Part shown: piece by piece, positions 23,340 to 37,663 of the stretch | Layout of the letters: every line of letters begins with the position of its first letter | Numbering within the stretch: the first letter of the stretch is position 1 | Source: Felis catus | Lineage: Eukaryota | DNA: 64,000 nucleotides | Direction of reading: 5' to 3' | NCBI RefSeq assembly: GCF_018350175.1 | Contig: NC_058369.1 | Location: forward strand, 21,826,001-21,890,000 | Notes under the pieces: generated by a model | Database searches by the model: none | Seen by the model: the letters and a program-made list of their open reading frames with translations, nothing else | What the model was told of the DNA's origin: nothing | Position numbers and translations under genes: made by a program

Positions 23340-25385
23340 AGAATTATAGTCACCATGCTGTATATTACATCCCCATAACTTACTCACTTCGTAACTGGAA
23401 ATTTGTACCTTTTGATCTCCCCTCCCCCCACCTCAGGCAACCATCGATCTGTTCTTTATATCCATGAGCTTTTAAGTTTATTTATTTTGAAAGAGAGAGA
23501 GAGACAGAGTGAGCACAGACAGGCAGAGAGATAGAGGGAGAGGAAGAATCCCAAGCAGGCTCTGAGCTATCAGCACAGAACCTGATGAGGGGCTCGAACT
23601 CACAAACTGTGAGATCATTACCTGAGCCAAAATTAAGAGTTGGACACTTAACCATCTAAGCCACCCAGGCATCCTGTTTTTTTTTTTTTCTTCCTTAAAG
23701 ATTCCACACATTAGTGAGATCATATAATATTTATCTTTTTCTATCTGATCTACTTCATTTTAGCACGATGTCCTCAAGGTCCATCTATATTGTTGCAAAA
23801 TGTAAGGTTTCAATTTTTAATGGCTGCATAATATTCCATTGTGCATATATACATTTTCTTCTTCCATTCATCCATTGATGGACTCCTAGGTTATATCCAC
23901 ATTCTGGCTATTGTAAATAACGCTACAATAAACACAGAAGTGCATATATCTTTTCAAATTAGTGTTTTCATTTTTTTTGGATAAATACCCAGAAATGGAA
24001 TTGCCAGATCATATGGTAGTTTCATTTTTAATTTTTTGAGAAATCTCCATACTGTTTTCCATAGTAGATGCACCAATTTACAGTCCTAGCAACAGTGCAT
24101 GAAGGTTTGCTTTTCTCCACATCCTCTCCAACACCTGTTGTTTCTTATATATTTTTTTAAAGTTTTATTTATTTATTTTGAGAGACAGAGAGAGTTTGAG
24201 CATGGAAGGGGCAGAGAGAGAAGACAGAGAATCCCAAGCAGGGTCTGTGCTGTCAGTGCACGGCCAGATGCCGGGCTTGATATCACGAACCATGATACCA
24301 TGATCTGAGCTGAAATCAAGAGTCAGATGCTCAACTGACTGAGCCACCCAGGTGTCCCTGTTATTTCTTGTATTTTTGACAAGAACCATTCTAACATGTG
24401 TGGAGTAACCTCATTGTGGTTTTAATTTGCATTTCCCTGATATTAGTGATATGGAGCATCTTTTCATGTACCTGTTGGCCATCTGTATGTCTTCTTTGGA
24501 AAAATGTCTGTTCAAATCTTCTGCCCACTTTTTAATCAGATTGTTCTTTTGCTATTGAGACGCATGAGTCCTTTATATAATTTGGATATTAGCCCCATGT
24601 CAGATATATGACTTGCAAACATTTTTCTCTTGTTTGGTAGGATGCCTTTTTATTTTGTTGAAGGTTTCCTCTGCTCTGCAAAAGCTTTTAGTCTGATATA
24701 GTCTCACTTGTTTATTTTTGCTTTTTCTGCCTTTGCTTTTGGTGTCAAATCCAAAAAATCATTGCCAAAACTGATGTCTAGGAGCTTACCACCTATGTTT
24801 TCCTCTAGGGGTTTCACAGTATCGGGTCTTACATTCAAGTCTTTAATCTATTTCGAATTTATTTTTTGTGTATGGTGTAAGATAAGATAGTAGCAGGTAG
24901 CTGTCCACTTTCCCCAACACCATTTACTGAACAGACTGTCTTTTCCCCATGGTATATTCTTGGTTCCCTTGTTGGAAATTAGCTCAACCATATATGTGTG
25001 GGTTTACTGCTGGGTACTCTCTTCTGTTTTGCTGATCTATGTGTCTATTTTTGTGCTAGTACCATACTGTTTTACACACTACAGCTCTGCAGTTTATCTT
25101 GAAATCTGGGTCTGTGATACCTCTGGATTTTTTCTTCATCCTCAAGTTTGGCTATCTGGGGTCTTTTGTGGTTCCATACAAATTTTAGGATCGTTTATTC
25201 TATTTCTGTGAAAAACGTCATGGCAATTTTGATACGAAATACACTCAATCTGTAGATTGCTTAAGGCAGTATAGACATTTTAACAATATTACTCCTTCTA
25301 ATCCAGGAGCATGAAATATTTTCCCAATTCTTTGTGTTTTCTTCGACTTCCTTCATTAATGTCTTATAGTTTTCAGTGTACAAAA
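23340..25385 (-). mobile_element. 5'-truncated L1 (L1MA9/L1_Carn-like) with two nested SINEs
   Basis: Typical antisense L1 3' UTR (gtcaccatgctgtatattacatcccc) followed by decayed ORF2 sequence. Confidence 0.8.
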
Positions 25386-27249
25386 GCTTTTTAATGGCAA
25401 ATTTTTATTCATGCTGAATTAACGTCATTATATTCTACAAAAACATTCATGGCCAATCACAACTTTAAAGTTCCTTTTTTGACAGAAATAAAAGTTTAAT
25501 TGGATTTTTTTCAGTTGTCCTTGCAAAGGGAGTGAAAACATTGATACAGTGAGTGAATGGCTTCATTTTATGAATGAAATCATCAACGTGAATTTTTTTC
25601 CTAACCTGTTCTCTGGTAGAGAAACCCTTCAATTTCACTAAAACCGTCCTTGACTGTTGGGCTCCACGTCTGGCTATGTGTCCTGCAGGTGACTGTGCAC
25701 ACTAACTACCACACTACCAGGTTGGCTTTTGTTTTCTGAGCCTTCATGCAGCCTGATGTGAAGAGTTTTCCATGTTTGGAATCCAGGTTCACAGCCCCTC
25801 TTCTGTTCACAGAACTATAAAACACCACCAACGCTTCAAGCAGAATCAATGTCTAATGAATAACAAGTAATCTTGGAATATTTTACATGTAAGTAAACAG
25901 ATTAAATTTAGCTTTGACATCCCTTTGACAAGGAACACAGAGGAAGCTCTGTTACAGACAAGATATAAGCAGTATCTTCCGCAGTATCTTTGGTTATGTT
26001 CCTATTCCTCGCGGCTAAGGATTGCTCCTACATAGAGTAATCAGATTGGGCTTTGAAAAGACTCCATATATGGCAAGTACATGCAACTATCTTTCTTTAA
26101 ATATGCCTCTTCCAACCTTGGCTAAAGAACACACAAAACACAAGAGTCCAAATACAAGATTCCAGTTTCCCTCTGATGGACACACCCATGTAACTTAGAC
26201 TGATCAGAAAGTTTGTGATATGCAATACATTAGGCTCAGAACATTCTTTGGGCTGAACAGGGGCATTTAATAATGTTTTCATAGGGGGTTGAAAGCCCAA
26301 CTCTTAAGAAAGAATTCCATATGGATAATCAAAATAAACCCAGCAGAACTATCAACTTACGTTGACAAAACTTTACTTATATCCTCTCTTCTTCCCTTAA
26401 AGAAATACTCTAGAATTTAGAAATAAGACACACGCCTTCCACTCTTGTACATTATCAAGTAAACTGCCAAAAGAGACCCAAACACTTTCAAAGGCATGTT
26501 TGCAGAAGAAATAAAGATAAGGAAGCCATAACGATAGCTTAATGGGTACGGGATAAGAGTCACACTCGATTCTGCCAAAAGTGGACCTGTAGAGGTTCAG
26601 ACACGCATCCAAGAATCAGCTCTGTCTGCCAACATATCAAATGCACAGTGCATGCAACTGGCAAGAAAGCCCTGAGAGCTGCCCCTGAGCCTGTCACTGT
26701 CACCGGTGAGTAAAGACAGACAAGTTACCAGATAGCTCAGATCACGGAGGACCTGTCTCCAAGCCAAAGCCAAGTATTCTTCTCTCAAGAGAACTTCCAC
26801 TCCAAGGCCCAACACATACCGTGAACAATTCATTTGCTGAAACATCCCGACAAAATTTTCCTTGATTAACCACAGCAATTTAAGGATTTGACAATATAGT
26901 ATTATTTTGCTGTGGCAAATAATGATGGCATCCTGATTTATAAGTGGCTTTTCTCAAGACAAAAGCGAACTATCTATCTATTGGACCCCCCACCATATTT
27001 GCAGCTGTTAACAGCTATCCCAAGTAAGTCATGCAGTACAGGCAAGTCACCAAAGAGTTAGGGAGTGTGGTAGGATATTTAATCACTTTTAAGTTGTACT
27101 TCCATGAAAAACATCAAAATGCAGAAAAGAATATCGAAAATTAAGTGTTTCCTTTGCTTTTTAAATGACAGCATCTTTCTTTTAAAATCATGAAAAACAA
27201 GACAAAAGATTAAAGCCATTAGATTACTTAATACTGAGAAATTTTAAAG

Positions 27250-27452
27250 ATTTTTTTTAATGTTTATTTTTGAGAGACAGGGAGCGAGCGAGTAGGGGCG
27301 GGGCAGAGAGAGAGGAAGACACAGAATCCGAAGCAGGCTCCAGGCTCTGAGCTGTCAGCACAGAGCCCGACGCGGGGCTCGAACTCACGAACCGCGGGAT
27401 CATGACCTGAGCTGAAGTCAGATGCTTAATCGACTGAACCACCAGGTGCCCC
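27250..27452 (-). mobile_element. SINEC
   Basis: SINEC consensus motifs; TSD AATACTGAGAAAT / AATATTGAGAAAT. Confidence 0.9.
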
Positions 27453-28356
27453 AATATTGAGAAATCTGAAAAGGCTGAGGAGCAAGAGTTTTCCATTTTC
27501 CCAGAGAGCGCAGTTTGCAGATCCAGCAGCCCGTTATGATTTGATGTTACATCTCATTCTGCTTCTCATCTGGAATGGTATACGGCATGTATAAGATCAA
27601 GAGAATCCAAATTAATTTGGAGGCTTTGTAAAATCCCTTGAGACTTCTTGAGATGCTGTGAAATGTCACAAGAACAGAGCTGGGAATCACTCTCGTGTAC
27701 ATGCTGTCTTTTTGATTCATTTATTATTTAGATCTGACCTACTTTCTAAAAGGATCTGAGGAGGTTGGAGATTTTCTCAGTATGGTGCCAAACACAAAAG
27801 GGGTTTGATAAAAGCTTTTTGGCAATGGTGTTAAGAGTTATAAAATTTCTAAAGATGATACTGACAAAGATCCTCTACACAGGAAGGAAAAACAAGAAAA
27901 TGTGTTTTGAATATGGCCAAAAACATCTACTCTAAACATAAGGAAGATCCTTCTGATTATAAATGTAAGAATGGAATAGATTATGTAAACAGTAGCCTGC
28001 CCCGGCTAGTGAAACAGCAAATGCCCCTGCCTTGAAAGATCATTTCCTTTAGGACAATAAGCCTAGCCTGGTGGCTCCACATCGACATTAAAGGAAAGAG
28101 AGAAGAGAAAGGCTCCGAGGTGGAAAGTAGAACACAGGAAAAAGGGTGTGGGGCCGCAGCCTGGCTGGCCTAGGATTCTGACAGGAACTGTGGTAGGCGG
28201 CAAACAGGCAGGCAGGAAAATGCTATGAATCCATACATGCAGCTGGTAAATGGGATTCAGTTACCTCAGCAGCTTACCTGTTATGGCCAAAGAACACACA
28301 TCTTAAAACACCAATGAACACAAACATAGAAGAGAGAGTATACTTTCTAAAATTTA

Positions 28357-28772
28357 TTTTTTTTTAACGTTTATTTATTTTTGGGACAGAGAGAGACAGA
28401 GCATGAACGGGGGAGGGGCAGAGAGAGAGGGAGACACAGAATCGGAAACAGGCTCCAGGCTCTGAGCCATCAGCCCAGAGCCCAACGCGGGGCTCAAACT
28501 CACGGACCGCGAGATCATGACCTGGCTGAAGTCGGACGCTTAACCGACTGCGCCACCCAGGCGCCCCTATACTTTCTAAAATTTAAATTGCAGGGGTGCC
28601 TAGGTGGCTCGGTTGAGCGTCGGACTTTGGCTCAGGTGGGATCTTGTGGTTCGTGAGTTTGAGCCCCATGTGGGCTCTGTGCTGACAGCTCAGAGCCTGG
28701 AGCCTGCTTCGGATTCTGTGTCTTTGGATTCCGTGTCTCCCTCTCTCTCTCTGCCCCTCCTCTGTCCGTGTG

Positions 28773-28807
<35 letters not shown>

Positions 28808-29078
28808 AAATAATAAATGAATACACTTTTTAAAAATTAAAAAAAAAATTTAAATTGCAGTGTCTAGGGGCACCTAGGTGGCTCAGTTGGTTAAGTGTCT
28901 TGACTTCAGCTCAGGTCATAATCTCGCGGTCTGGGAGTTCGAGCCCCAAGTCGGGCTCTGTGCTGACAGCTCAGAGCCTGGAGCCTGCTTCAGATCTGTG
29001 TCTCCCTCTCTCTCTCTGCTCCTCCCCTGCTCACGCTCTGTCTCTATCTCTCAAAAACAAATAAATGATAAAAAAAAA
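28357..29078. mobile_element. Cluster of three SINEC (28357-28567 -, 28594-28845 +, 28867-29078 +)
   Basis: Each has a head, (CT)n, tail and its own TSD (see findings). Confidence 0.92.
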
Positions 29079-30224
29079 ATTGCAGTGTCTATTTAGTGAA
29101 CACTGATTAAAGACATAGGTCAGGAAATTTTAAAATGTTATTCTGCACACTCTTTGGTTTAGTATTTTCACATTTAGTGCCCCTCTCTAAATTAAATCAA
29201 TCCTGAAACCATTTACTGGCAATATCACTTCCATAGTCCCTTTAAACACTGTAATCTTAGTATGGGATTCAGATACATGAAATGACCACTAACTTTTTTG
29301 GGAAACTAAGAAAATAAACCCAAAGAATATTACAACTGATTGTTTCCAGTTACAGACTTCCTATTCTTAAATAATGGCAGCTCTAAGTAAATAAAACAAA
29401 ACTGGGAGTCACACCAGGGTCTGACGCCTGCTGTTAAGAGTTTCCTGCCACACAGTACTTGCTGCTCCCAAGGCAGAGCTTCCCCTGGGGGTGGGGGTGG
29501 GTCGCTGCAAGTGATTATGGGTATGCCAAATGTTGGACCTGTCCGACCCCTAGTGGTCTATTCACCCCAGTGTCCCACACAGAAATGATCACTTTTATGT
29601 ATCAGAAGGGACAACAAAGGTTGGGAAGCATGGTCCCTGGCCTCCAAGGAGCTGAGTTCCTCTTTTCTGTGCTCCCAAAAATCCACATTTAGGGCTTTGG
29701 GAAACAGTTCAAATAGTAGGTGAGAAAAGAGGGAACTTCTTTTCTCTCCTTTCCCTAACTTCTCTGCTATATATGTATTTTTCTGCCGATTTACTAACAG
29801 AGCATCCAAACCAGGGTTGTAAGGCAAATGCCCATGATAGTCTAAGAGACACAGGGTGTGGTGGGATCCGTGAGGCTGTGGTGGGATCAGTGAGGCTGTG
29901 GGGGGCATGCCCTACCCAGAGTTCCTGACTATCAGTGCTTACAGGGATGCAGGTGCTGTATGGCCATACAGCCACTTTGTCATAAGAAGGAAAGGTAGAA
30001 ATCCAGGTGTCTGTGTAAAATGTCATTTTTAAATGGTAGCAAATGCTTATCCCATGCCTTTCTGTTTAAAAAAAAAAAAAGTGCCGAGCATCCCTGGAAG
30101 TAGTGACTTTGTAAGTAGCTCAGATCTGCCTGGACCCTCCAGGGGACTGAACCTCAGTCTTGAGGTTTATTCTGCCTACTCCAGAGTGGCTTCAAATCTT
30201 CTAGTGGTTACTCTGCTTCAAAAA

Positions 30225-30238
30225 ATTTTTTTTTAACT

Positions 30239-30284
<46 letters not shown>

Positions 30285-30485
30285 GGAGGGAGAGAGAGAG
30301 AGAGAAAGAAAGACAGCACGACCAGGGGAGGGGCAGAGAGCGAGGGAGCCACAGAATTCAAAGCTCCAGGCTCTGAGCTGTCAGCAGAGAGCCCAAGGCA
30401 GGGCTAGAGAGATCACGAGCTGTGAGATCATGACCTGACCGACCTGAAGTCAGACGCCCAACCGACTGAGCCACCCAGGCACCCC
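30225..30485 (-). mobile_element. SINEC with long (GA)n
   Basis: SINEC consensus motifs. Confidence 0.88.
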
Positions 30486-33289
30486 TGTTTCAATTTTTAC
30501 CTCCACAGTGAACTTCACTTTGTAAACAAGAGGTGAAAACCTGTATACATACATATAAAGAACACATTTCTGCCACTTAGCTATAAGTAATTTTTGCTTT
30601 TCTTTGCGAGTTCTCAGAAGAGAAACTATTAATTATCTAAAAGAGATAAATGGTGCATGCATGGTTAACTTTTAAAATATTTATAATTATGGTAATACCA
30701 CAATAAAAAACAAAGATAAAATTGCATTTTACCTGACAACTCTACTTTAGGAGGGAAAAAAGCCAGTACTTAGTGAGATACACTAAATGAATCTGCTTTG
30801 GAAATTCTGAAATGTTCACGGACTTACAAAGTTAACCAGAAGGTACTTGGCAGAGGCCCTACTAGAGACTCCACTGGAACACTACAGGCTCTATTAGAAC
30901 ACCAAACAGTGGCTGCAACAGAGAGAGCAACAGAGACCTTTGGAATGTCTGACCTGACAGTGTCACCAGGTCAGCCTTGGGGTCTCAGTTACACTCTATG
31001 TTTTCATGGTGTTTCTACCTCCTCAATCTACTAACGTGGCAACAGCAAGCCTCTTTCCTTATCTTTGTCCAGAAGGCCAGATTAATGCACTTGCCACAGG
31101 TCCTTTCTCCTCCACTGATTACGGAATCACACCAACCACAGCACTGCTGCTGCAGATGGCGAACACCGCCTGCCTTTCTTCAGGCTGCTCGAGAAGCACT
31201 GTGCTGCATTCAAAGATCACAGGGAATGGACTGTGGAGCTTTTAGAATTGTTTATAAATTCCTCTTTCAGTCTGGAGGTAGAAGTCACATTTTTTGACCT
31301 GACAAATTGTAAACTTCTCTTGCAAGGACATTTCCTGCACTGTGCTTGGAGTCTGAAGATCTGTGCAAATGCCAGGAGCCACCTACCATCTCTACTGTTC
31401 TGAGTCTTGCCCTTGAACTGAGAAAGGGCAAGCAGAGACAAAAAAAAAAAAAAAAAAAAAAAGTACACATTACAGTGTTTCTTCTACTAAAACTTTCCAT
31501 TTGGCAGCTGTATTTTCAACACTATGGAAATGAATCTCCCTGCCTTTTCTAGTGATCTAATTTTAATTAAAAATGCTCTCTATCAAGAGACTGATGCCCG
31601 ATATAAAGGAAAAGTTGTAAGTGAAGCGGAAACAAAGAGGTACTTCTCACAGACTTTTGGAGGTAAGTTCTTAAAAATATTCAATAGCAATAACGTTTTT
31701 ATTTTCACTTGCTTGTTACAGTGATTTGTTGTCGTTACGCAGGTTACAGGGCAACATACTTTGCTCATTTTTCCAAAAGTGCTTTTGGATTATAGAAAAC
31801 ATTTAAAAAAATGAAAAGTGTCATTCAGTGGGAGATCCATGCCCTGAGGTGTTGGATGCAGGAAATGTGAATAACTGTCCTTGTTTATCTTTCAGTAAAA
31901 AAAAATGCAAAGTCTAACATACACATAAAGTAAAGTAGTCTTTTTTTTTTTTTTTTGCTAAAACCACCATAATACATTGGTCTAAGGAAGGAATAAAGTT
32001 AGGTCTGAGAAGACAAAATCTAGACTGTGTATGTCTTCTAATTAATGGATCAGTGTTGCTGCTAAAAATGACCAAGAAAAAACCCTAAACATGTAAATTC
32101 CTCCGCAGTCTCTGGTGGATCAGATTTTCACTAGTACTAGCCTAATCATTAAAATTTATAGCTGATATTTCTAATCACAGATTTTAAATCATTAAGTTTT
32201 ACCATTAATTAACAGAGCTGTTTTAGGAGTAATAGTCATAGCACTGGGATTGATATAGTAACATATTTCATTAAGAATCCTGACCCTTTCAGAAAGGTAG
32301 AGTTCTAACACAATTTAATAACTTCTTGCTTATAATTTTTCTAAGAAAATGCAACAGAACCTAAGGATTAAAAAAATAACTAAAATTCTTTAAAAGTACC
32401 TCATAGGTTTAATCGAAATGGTATATATAGCGCTTGGTAAAGTGCCTGGTAAATGACAGATGTTCATTAAGTATCACTGTATTAAGGTGTACGTCTGAGT
32501 TAAATAATCAGCTTGTTTGTTTAAAAACAGAGTAAAAGACAATACCGAAATAGTTTTTGCAAAAGGAAATCACTGAATGCCAGAATTGACTTTATAGAGC
32601 TTATTGGGACCACAAACCTTTACTTTAATGTTTTCAATGAACCAAGTTACGATGGAGACTGTCTTGCTGTAACAAAGAGAAAAACCAATTTTGCTTTTAC
32701 TTTTTTGTTGATTCATATAATACCAAATTTTGGATTAAAAAAAAATTGCTCAGAACCCTGTTTACAGAAAATAGTCTTGGGGCATTCCAAAATTAAATTT
32801 CCATGGAAGTGGAAATCAAAGGACTCCTGACACTGGTCTTAGGGAAAGCGTTTTCTAGAAGAAACAGAGTAGTAAGCTAAGTTGCGTGTAGCAGGGGCTT
32901 GCCAAATGCTTGCTGAAGGAATAGTGGGTAATAGAATCATGATCTCTTCACTGTAGAAGAGTGGACTGTCGAGATAAGTGTCCTGTGAGAAGATCAGAAA
33001 TGTACAGATCCTGTATCTGCTTTTTCAGAGGCCAGTCTCTAAATGGAGAGTAACTGTCCTCGTACCACTTACTGAATACGACATTCTTCTTAGCATTTTA
33101 TTTAGATGTGATGGGAAAGATTTTAAACTACTGACCCAACATTTTATTGTTTCTGAGTGTATTCAGATCTCTTTATTCCTGAATAAGTTTTGTTATACTA
33201 TGCTTCTTCTAAGAAACCATACAATCTAAGTCTTAAACATATAGGCAGAAAGTTTTTCATAGTGATTTCTTGTTTTTTTTAAAACAAGT

Positions 33290-35900
33290 GTTCCCTACAT
33301 TTAGTTGCAATATGTAAAAAATATATTGATTATTCCTAATATTGCCCGATCTGTCCCCATCCCCACTCTTTTTGTTGTTGTTGGATCAATCAGGTTATGG
33401 GGGAGAGTTTTTGCTGTTGATTTCGTTCTATCCTTCTAGTGAAATTTCTTTGTTCTGCAGTTAATTGCTACTCATCTGTATTTTCCTCCAACTTAACCCA
33501 GATTTCTCTTTTTTCGTAACTTCTTGGGCTGGGTGGCCTACATATGGTTATTTTTATAAAATTCTAATATGTATTTGAAAAAAATGCAAATTCTCGAATT
33601 GCTGGAAGCAGGCAGGGTTCTTTATATGCCTGGTAGATCAAGTTTAACTGTACTGTTTCAGTAACTCACAACCATCTGCTTTATCTGTCAATTACTGAGG
33701 TGGCCTGTTAAAATCTCCCCCTATGATTATGGATTTTTAACATTTGATATGTATTTCTGGCATATACTAGGTATACGTATGGGATATCCCATATGGGGTA
33801 GTTTTATCTTCTAGGTAATTCATTCCTCTTCTCATTATGTGGCAACTTTAGCCCCTGATGTTTTTCACCTGGAGTCTATCAGGTATGATTAGCACAGCTG
33901 CAGCAGCTCTGTTCGGTTAACAGTTGCCTGATAGATTGCATTCCATCCCCTTACTTTCAACCTTTCCAGGTTTTGAGTTTTAAGTTTTTTGAAAACAGCC
34001 TTACTCACAAATTCTGTATCTTCATCCTGTCCTACAATCTTTTTGAACTGGCAAGTTTAGTTCACTTAACATTTTGTTCTAGTTACTGATTTATTTATGT
34101 CATTTTATGTTGGGCTCTCTATTTCCCGTGGTGTTCATTCACTTCTTTCCCCATCCTGGTTTGCACTGGTTTAAAAGACATCCTGTTTGTTTTGCAGTGG
34201 TTACCCTGAATCATTTGAACACAAACAGCTTGATTTAAGTCTATGGTTAATCAATTTATCTATTCGTGGGATGCTTTAGGTTTTGAAGAGCTTTTACCTT
34301 AAGCTATTAGTGTCTAGTATTTTTGCTTCACCTTTTAAAAAAATATTTATTTTGAGAGAGAGAGAGAGAGAGAAAACACGCAAGCAGGGGAGGGACAGAA
34401 TGAGACAGAGGAGAGAATCCCAAGTAGGCTTCCTGCTGTCTGCGCAGAGCCCAAGGTGGGCTTGATCTCATGACTGCAAGATCATGACCTGAGCCAAAAG
34501 TTAGGAGTCGGGTATTAACCGACTGAGCCTCCCCAGCATCCTGCTTCACCTGTTTAGCACCTCTGCTCACGTCAGTTATTTCACTGTTTTATACAGTCCA
34601 TGCTTACTTTGGCTCACCTCCTTTTCTTTGCTCATTATAGTTTGTAAACTTCATTTCTTACTTCTGTACTCAATTTTATTTCTGAACCAAATTAAATACA
34701 ATTCAGAATTCAGTTGCACTAGGAGCATTTCAAGCGCTCAACAGCCATATGCGGCTAGTGGCTATTGTACCAGGCAGCACTGCTTTAGAAGCACCTTCAG
34801 AAAGGGGCTGCTGGAGGCAAAAGTTCCATTTTTGTTGAAAAAATGTCTTTATTTTGTTCTCCTGAACTACTGAAGTGTGGGTTGTTTTTTCCTCAGTACT
34901 CTGAAAACATTATTCCTTTGTCTTCCGAACTCAGGAGCTGCAACTAAATATGCTGTCAGTCTAACTGGTGCTCTTTGTAAGTAATTAGTCTCAAGTAGCC
35001 TTTGGTTGCTTCTTTTTGTGTATTTCTGCTTACTATGCTTGGTGCCTTATTTTACTGCCTAAATCTGAGGTTCATGTCTTTCAAGGATTCTAGAAAATTC
35101 TTAGTTGTAATCTCTTCAAATACTGTCTCTCTTAAACCTATTTTACATTCTGAAATTCTTCTCTGTTACATGCTAGACTTTCCAAGCCTATGCTCTTGGT
35201 CCCATTTTCCATTTCTTTTCATTTTTTGGATGAATTCTGGAGAATTCCCTCAGATGTCCTTTTCTATTCTTCAATTCTCTTTTCTGTTGTTACAAATTAA
35301 CTGCTGAGTCCAGGCAGAGTTTATTTCAATAATTAAAATTTTAAGTTCTAGGAATTCGACTTGGTTATTTTTCAAAGCTACCTGTCACTTTATTTTATAC
35401 ATGTGACATTTACATCCATTAACGTCTCTGATCATTTCATTAACTAAACTTCCTGGGAAGGTTTGGCTAATCCTGTTTGTTGTGTTCTACCTTTCACTGA
35501 TTGTGAATTATCTCCCTGTAGATAATTCACACTCCTTGTGAATTATCTCCTTGTAGATAATTACTCCTTGTTAGTAATTTTAGACCAGGAGGCTTATCAA
35601 TGAGCTCCCCGGGGCAATCTGGTTGTCCCTCTAGAAGAATTTTGCATTTGCTTTTACCAGGTGTCCTAGGGTACTCACCAGCTGAGGATCAATTGTTGTC
35701 AGTTTTTGGCCTGGGTAAGAAATTATACCAAATGAATGGTATAACCTGAACCCCAAATCCTGTATGAGAGAAGGCTCATGGCCACAATTTTCAGGGGGAG
35801 ACATTTTCTCTCTAACCACCGCCCCTACTGAGATAGATAAACTTGCCTTGTCCTCCTCTTTGGTTGGTGGGCTATCTTTCTGATTCATTAATATGTAGCG
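33290..35900 (-). mobile_element. Highly decayed ancient L1 (L1M/L1ME-like) fragments with SINE and DNA-transposon insertions
   Basis: T-rich antisense L1-like motifs (ttaaaatctccccctatgattatggattt; ttctagaaaattcttagttgtaatctcttcaaatactg). Confidence 0.5.
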
Positions 35901-36440
35901 CATTAGGGGACCTGGCTGTATGTATATAAAGGTGTCTCAGCTCCACCTCTCCACCTGTGAGAGTTCATGGCCTTGTCTCCTGGCCCCGTGTCACTGTAAT
36001 GGGGTCCTTACTGAAGGAGAGCTCCATACATAAGAAGCTCTAACAGCTGGCAGCCAGTGTCAGTTTATAAGCTCCTCACTTCAGCCCTCAGCTCTCACTC
36101 TGATGCTGGCCACTGAAATGTCCCCTATTCTCTTTTTGCCTAAGCTATGCATTTAATATTTTATACAGCAATTCTAAATGTTTGTAGGAGGAAGGTTTTC
36201 TGTCATGATACTACTGCTGGACAGGAGTTGAAGGAGATTTACTTTGATGTGCCTCTGCCATGGAACTCCTGGAAGTTCAGAGTCTCCAAAGAATGGTTTT
36301 ATTAATACAGTTGGTAACATGGATTCTCTTTACAAATGAGAACAGAAGATCAGCAGATCAGTAGTAACGCATATTTACACAGCAAAAAAACTGTTTCTTC
36401 AACCAATCAAAAATAAAATTAAAACTATCATCAATGTTTT

Positions 36441-36662
36441 GGGGGCATCTGGGTGGCTCAGTCGGTTAAGCGTCTGACTTCGGTTCAGGTCATGATCTTA
36501 CACTTTGAGTTCGAGCCCCGCATCGGGCTCTGTGCTGACAGCTCAGAGCCTGGAGCCTGCTTTGGATTCTGTGTCTCTCTCTTTGTCCCTCCCCTGCTCA
36601 CACTCTGTCATTCTCTTTCTCAAAAATATATAAACATTAAAAAAAACTAAAAAAAAAAAAAA
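36441..36662 (+). mobile_element. SINEC
   Basis: SINEC consensus motifs; flanking AAAACTATCAT repeat. Confidence 0.9.
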
Positions 36663-37437
36663 CTATCATTAGTGTTTTTTAGGAAGAGGTGTCCACAAAT
36701 AAAACACCTACCTCAATCCCAAGTTTTAGACAGGAGGGTGCTTTGCGTTCCAGTATACTGATCAAAATGAACACTGTGACCCACTAACCAGAACTGCTTC
36801 TGTTGAGAGCGTTAACAAATTTGTACGTTCTAATATTTCTCATTTTTAACATGTATAGATTTTCAACTTATCATACCTCAGGCTGTCTGGTAATGGCCCC
36901 TATAACATCCGAAAATAATACCTGTAAAGACAAACAGAGTCTCCAGCTTGTCCTGGTGCTAGTTAGAAGGGATGTGAAGAAGGACACTACGGGCCTGGGT
37001 TATAAGAGAACCTGGATAATATTAAAATCCCTTACAACTCTTCCACTTTTTAAAAAGATCACTTGGCTTGGGTCCAAGATGGAGACACAGTCTATAATAT
37101 TTTATATTTATAAGTGCCTGACAAAATACCTTCATGTATATGATGCTCTTTTAAGATAAGCAGGTCAGATCAGTGGTTTACATGATTTATTCAAGGTTAC
37201 AGCCCGAAAATGGCAAAGCCTAGAATAGAATTCTTTTCCGAAAATTAAATTTCATGCCAAAAGAGTGTTACCATGGCAAAGCCACCCTCAGGGATATCTT
37301 CTGCAGCCTTTGTATCTAGGAATCACTTATAAATTTTAAAAAAGAATGACTAAATGAGAGGCATAAAAATCTAATCCAAATTCAGACATGGCACAACAAA
37401 AGGGTGTGTTTGGAGCATGGGTTCATGCTTTACATCT

Positions 37438-37663
37438 CTTCTGTCCATTATGGTAGCCGCTAGCCACATATGATTACTTACATGCAAACTGGTTAAATTA
37501 AATAAACTAAAATGGAAAAGAAAATGTCTTGGTAGCACCAGCCACACTTTGAATGCTCAACAGTAGTCACAGGTAGCTCGTGGCTGCTCTATGGGATAGG
37601 ACCGATACAGAGCATTTCCATTATTCCCATTATTAGAGTTCTAGTTGACAGCCTTGCTCTAGA
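37438..37663. mobile_element. hAT-Charlie MITE (MER3/MER33-like)
   Basis: ctgtccattatggtagccgctagccacat ... ctagttgacagc termini. Confidence 0.6.

Noticed and set aside
28259..28282. Two consensus-like minus-strand donors (GAG|GTAACT, CAG|GTAAGC) in intron 3
   Set aside because: No convincing upstream acceptor; such motifs occur by chance in a 24-kb intron.
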